Source: an uncultured Bacilli bacterium (lineage in GTDB: Bacteria > Bacillota_I > Bacilli_A > RF39 > UBA660). From it: DNA of 64,000 nucleotides. Under the pieces are notes generated by a model, which saw only the letters and a program-made list of their open reading frames with translations, was not told the origin of the DNA and made no database searches. Every line of letters begins with the position of its first letter. The stretch's first letter is position 1. The stretch is from positions 2,055-66,054 of the forward strand of contig CANQIL010000002.1 of NCBI GenBank assembly GCA_947624045.1, in the 5' to 3' direction. This document shows positions 60,629 through 64,000 of this stretch, piece after piece. Position numbers and translations under genes: made by a program.

Positions 60629-60729
60629 ATACAAATGTTAATAAAATCGTAGGAAAGTTGACGCTTTCGTGATATAATTTTAATACAAATTAAAATCTAA
60701 ATTTGTCTTGATAAAACTGAGGTGATTAG

Positions 60730-63090
60730 ATGAAAAGTATATTCATATTAAATAACTATGGAATTTCAATGACAGTATTAAAAAAAATTTATGAACTTGG
60801 AATTACATATCTCGATTTAGAATTCTTTGGTGAAAGCATATTAAAGGAAAAAGGTATTAGCACTTCACAAAGGCAAGAGATAATAAAAGCTTTTTGGAAA
60901 TCAAAAAATGATCAATATGCATATACAAATATCATAAATGAGTTACAATTCTACTACATTAAAAGAAATGTTTTAATGATGATGAATGATAGAAAAGTTG
61001 TATTAAATGATATATCTGCATTAAATGAAGATGAGTTTTGTGTTAAATATGCAATAAATCCAAAATATTATCAAGGAATTAAAACTAGCTATGAAATGTT
61101 AAAAAATAATAATTTTCATATTCCAAAAAAAGATGATTATTCTGATTACTTGTTAAAAGCTATTAGCTCATTAGACGATGATAAAGATATAGAAATGTCA
61201 AAAATTTTATGTTACTTATTAAATACAACTTATCCAATTTCTCATTTTTATACAGACATAAGCAAACTAGAAAGAGAAAATAAAATAAAAGTTATTGATG
61301 AAAAAATTTCTTTGATTTTTCCAAGTATATTGTTACGAATTCAAGATTTAAATGAGCAACATAAAAATATTCTTTTGGAAAGACTGAGTGGCCAAACATT
61401 AAAGCAAGTTGGCGATAAGTATAATTTAACAAGAGAAAGAATTAGACAAATTATTGAGAAAGAATATATGAAAATAGAAAAAGTTGCAGAAGACAAATAT
61501 AAGCATATTTATGAGAAATATGATTTATCTGAGAATGAATTTCTTACTATCTTTAACGAAAAAAAATCTACTTACTATTACTTGTTTGATAAATATCAAA
61601 AAGGAAAATTAAACTTTGTAGAATTAGAAAAAGAATATTTCAATAATGAAGATATATTAAAAAGAATAAAATCGTTAAAAAAAGAAATATATATAGATAA
61701 TATGTATATTATTGGTGATAGAGCTAATGTAACAAAGTATTATTTAAAATATAAATGCAATAATGAAATTAAAGTAAAAGATTTATTCTATCGCATAAAT
61801 GATTTCATTATAAATGATTTATCAAATTATAAAATAGATATTTATGAATCTATACATAATTTAGAGGGATTTTTAGAAAGACAAAGTTGGTGCATTTCTG
61901 GAAATAAATATAATATACGTTACTATGAAATGGAATTACTATCGGAAAATGATTTGATTAACTTAAAGGAAATGCTTAATGTAGAATATGGATTATATAG
62001 TTCACTATATTTTTATGAGAACAATAAAGACTTAATGGAAGAATTGAATATTAAAAATGAACAAGAATTACACAATTTACTAAGAAATTTGATTTTTTTA
62101 GATAATGTAACTTATTTAAGAATGCCAAACATTTTAATTGGTTACAAAAATAGAAAGGATTTTTTCGAAGACAAAATGACAGAGTTAGCACCATTATCAG
62201 TTTCTGATTTTTTAAAAATTTTAAGAAACAATTATGGACATCGTGAAGATACAATGGCATCTTATTTGGCATTAGAATTTAAAGAATATATAACTGGTGA
62301 TAAGATTATTGCCAATGTAGTTGAATTACCAACTGATTATTTAGACAATATAATTTCAAAGTTAAATAAAAACGTGTACTCTATAAATGAATTTAGAGAA
62401 ATTTTAAATAATTTTAATTTATCTTCTAATAACACTCAACAAATACTTAATAATTTAAATTTAAGCAAACTTAATTATAAAATCATAGGAAATTATATAA
62501 TAAAAAATAATTATAATAACTTAGAAGAAGCATTTTATAATGCAATTATAAGAGGAGAAATATCTTGTTCAAATTTAAGAATGAGTAGTACAACCTACGC
62601 AATTATTTCTAAGTTGGAAAAAAATTATAAAATTATTGAAATAGATAAAAAGTATTATGCTTTTGAAAGACTTTATAATTTAGGATTAACTAAAAATGAA
62701 ATTTTTGATTTTATTAATGTTATAAAAGAAACGTTTTCTATAAATAATTATTACATCACACCAACATTGATTAGAGCAAAAATATCTCATAGCCTATTGC
62801 AAAATAAAATGATTAACGACTCTATAATTTGCTCATTAATAAAATTAATAGATGGTTTTAGAAAAATTTCTTGGCATAACAACATTATATTTTGTTACTG
62901 TCCTAAAGGAAATGCATCTAGAAAAACATTTTTACTAAGCATTTTAGAAGAAAACAAAGACATAAAACTGTCTGAAGTGCAAAATATATTAAAAGAAAAA
63001 TACGGTGTAATTTTAAATGAAGAACAAATAAGATATATTGGTTATGATATAGGGGTATTATTCAATAATGATGATGTTAATCATTATTGA
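60730..63090 (+). CDS. 786-aa protein of unknown function with a sigma-70 region-4-like HTH
   Basis: RBS GAGGTGA. ILLERLSGQTLKQVGDKYNLTRERIRQIIEKE (aa ~213-245) matches the sigma region 4 pattern. No NTPase or nuclease motif seen. Confidence 0.5.
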   Translation: MKSIFILNNYGISMTVLKKIYELGITYLDLEFFGESILKEKGISTSQRQEIIKAFWKSKNDQYAYTNIINELQFYYIKRNVLMMMNDRKVVLNDISALNEDEFCVKYAINPKYYQGIKTSYEMLKNNNFHIPKKDDYSDYLLKAISSLDDDKDIEMSKILCYLLNTTYPISHFYTDISKLERENKIKVIDEKISLIFPSILLRIQDLNEQHKNILLERLSGQTLKQVGDKYNLTRERIRQIIEKEYMKIEKVAEDKYKHIYEKYDLSENEFLTIFNEKKSTYYYLFDKYQKGKLNFVELEKEYFNNEDILKRIKSLKKEIYIDNMYIIGDRANVTKYYLKYKCNNEIKVKDLFYRINDFIINDLSNYKIDIYESIHNLEGFLERQSWCISGNKYNIRYYEMELLSENDLINLKEMLNVEYGLYSSLYFYENNKDLMEELNIKNEQELHNLLRNLIFLDNVTYLRMPNILIGYKNRKDFFEDKMTELAPLSVSDFLKILRNNYGHREDTMASYLALEFKEYITGDKIIANVVELPTDYLDNIISKLNKNVYSINEFREILNNFNLSSNNTQQILNNLNLSKLNYKIIGNYIIKNNYNNLEEAFYNAIIRGEISCSNLRMSSTTYAIISKLEKNYKIIEIDKKYYAFERLYNLGLTKNEIFDFINVIKETFSINNYYITPTLIRAKISHSLLQNKMINDSIICSLIKLIDGFRKISWHNNIIFCYCPKGNASRKTFLLSILEENKDIKLSEVQNILKEKYGVILNEEQIRYIGYDIGVLFNNDDVNHY

Positions 63091-63128
63091 TATAATTATA
63101 GAAAAATATTTTCTAGGAGGTAATTTTT

Positions 63129-64000
63129 ATGGAAACAACTAATTTATCAAAAATAAAAAGAGAAAAAATGTTACAAACTATTAAAAATATTAAGAATAGT
63201 ATTAATGATGAAGATGTTTTAAATGACTTATCATTGATAGAATATGAACTTACAAAAAAGAAATATGGTTTAGTATGGGAAGAACACGAAGAAAAAGTTG
63301 ACGTAGAATTAAAAACTAAGATACCAACTTTTGAGGAAATAAAAGAAAAAGAAATAATATCAAATAAAAATGACAAATTTAATTTCTTGTTAGAGGGCGA
63401 TAATTTACACAGTTTATATCTTCTACAAAAAACACATAATGAAAGAGTTGATGTTATATATATAGATCCACCCTATAATACAAAAAGCTCTGATTTTATT
63501 TATGATGATAAAATAGTTAATTCAGAAGATACATTCAAACATAGCAAATGGTTATCTTTTATGGGTGTGCGGTTAAGATTAGCAAGAAATCTTTTATCAA
63601 ACAATGGAGTTATATTTATAAGTATAGATGAAAATGAATTTGCACAACTTAAATTATTGTGTGATGAAATATTTGGAGAACAAAATTTTATAGATTGCAT
63701 TATTTGGAATAAGAGAGTCCCTAAAAATGATAAGGGAATTGGTAACATCCACGAATATATTTTATTATATGCCAAAAGGGCTGATTATAAATACAAATTT
63801 TTAATGCCAAAAGATGGTATGAGTGATATTGAAAAATTATTAAATGAGTTTAAAAAGAAAAAAAAGTCTATTCAAGAATCAGAAATTGAATTAAAAAAAT
63901 TGTATAGAAAAAATAAGTATGACAGAGCAATCACCCTTTACAATAATTTAGATGACAATTATAACATTTGGGGAAAAATAAATCTTAGTTGGCCCAATGG
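63129..64000 (+). CDS. mod: Type III restriction-modification methyltransferase (Mod, N6-adenine, beta class), 5' partial
   Basis: RBS AGGAGG. FLLEGDNLHSLYLL, VDVIYIDPPYNT (motif IV), HSKWLSFM, NGVIFISIDENE. The frame is open to the window end, so it is absent from the ORF track. Confidence 0.8.
   Translation, partial: METTNLSKIKREKMLQTIKNIKNSINDEDVLNDLSLIEYELTKKKYGLVWEEHEEKVDVELKTKIPTFEEIKEKEIISNKNDKFNFLLEGDNLHSLYLLQKTHNERVDVIYIDPPYNTKSSDFIYDDKIVNSEDTFKHSKWLSFMGVRLRLARNLLSNNGVIFISIDENEFAQLKLLCDEIFGEQNFIDCIIWNKRVPKNDKGIGNIHEYILLYAKRADYKYKFLMPKDGMSDIEKLLNEFKKKKKSIQESEIELKKLYRKNKYDRAITLYNNLDDNYNIWGKINLSWPN

Noticed and set aside
63113-63775. Minus-strand ORFs 63113-63376 and 63500-63775
   Set aside because: They are antisense to the clearly recognisable type III mod reading frame (DPPY motif), which the track omits only because it has no stop inside the window.

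Overview
A 64-kb, very AT-rich chromosomal segment of a low-GC Firmicute that uses the standard genetic code. The gene content points to an endospore-forming Erysipelotrichia- or Clostridia-like organism, but the taxon cannot be fixed from this sequence alone. That content includes rimP-nusA-ylxR-infB-rbfA, rpsO-pnp, smc, a T-box leader before valS, a YjcZ-like peptide, and SpoVD/SEDS/DacB-type wall enzymes. Most of the window is housekeeping: class B PBP, rpmG, efp, rpsO, pnp, smc, def, a SEDS protein, proS, a D-Ala-D-Ala carboxypeptidase, cyclophilin, dCMP deaminase, valS, murI, ABC transporters, superoxide reductase and two single tRNAs (Arg-CCG, Thr-GGU). I saw no rRNA, CRISPR array, transposase or integrase. 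Five things stand out. (1) At the right edge, a SpoVD/FtsI-type PBP gene stops a few codons after its SxN box. More AT-rich DNA follows, carrying a tandem-DUF5655 protein, a 786-aa protein with a sigma-70 region-4-like HTH, and a type III mod gene that runs off the window. (2) The 700-bp gap upstream of rimP holds an unannotated type I toxin-antitoxin-like module: a 22-aa hydrophobic peptide gene convergent with a ~118-nt sRNA. A second, decayed copy lies beside it. (3) A tandem YcxB-like membrane protein gene is interrupted by one in-frame TAA. (4) A complete T-box leader precedes an HD-domain gene plus valS, and its specifier register is ambiguous. (5) There are several orphan or defence-type genes: an RloB/AbiLii-like gene at the left edge, a solo HipA-like kinase, a Tim44-like/zinc-ribbon pair, three HExxH orphans and a 1066-aa coiled-coil protein. 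All functional calls come from motifs read by eye. No database search was run.
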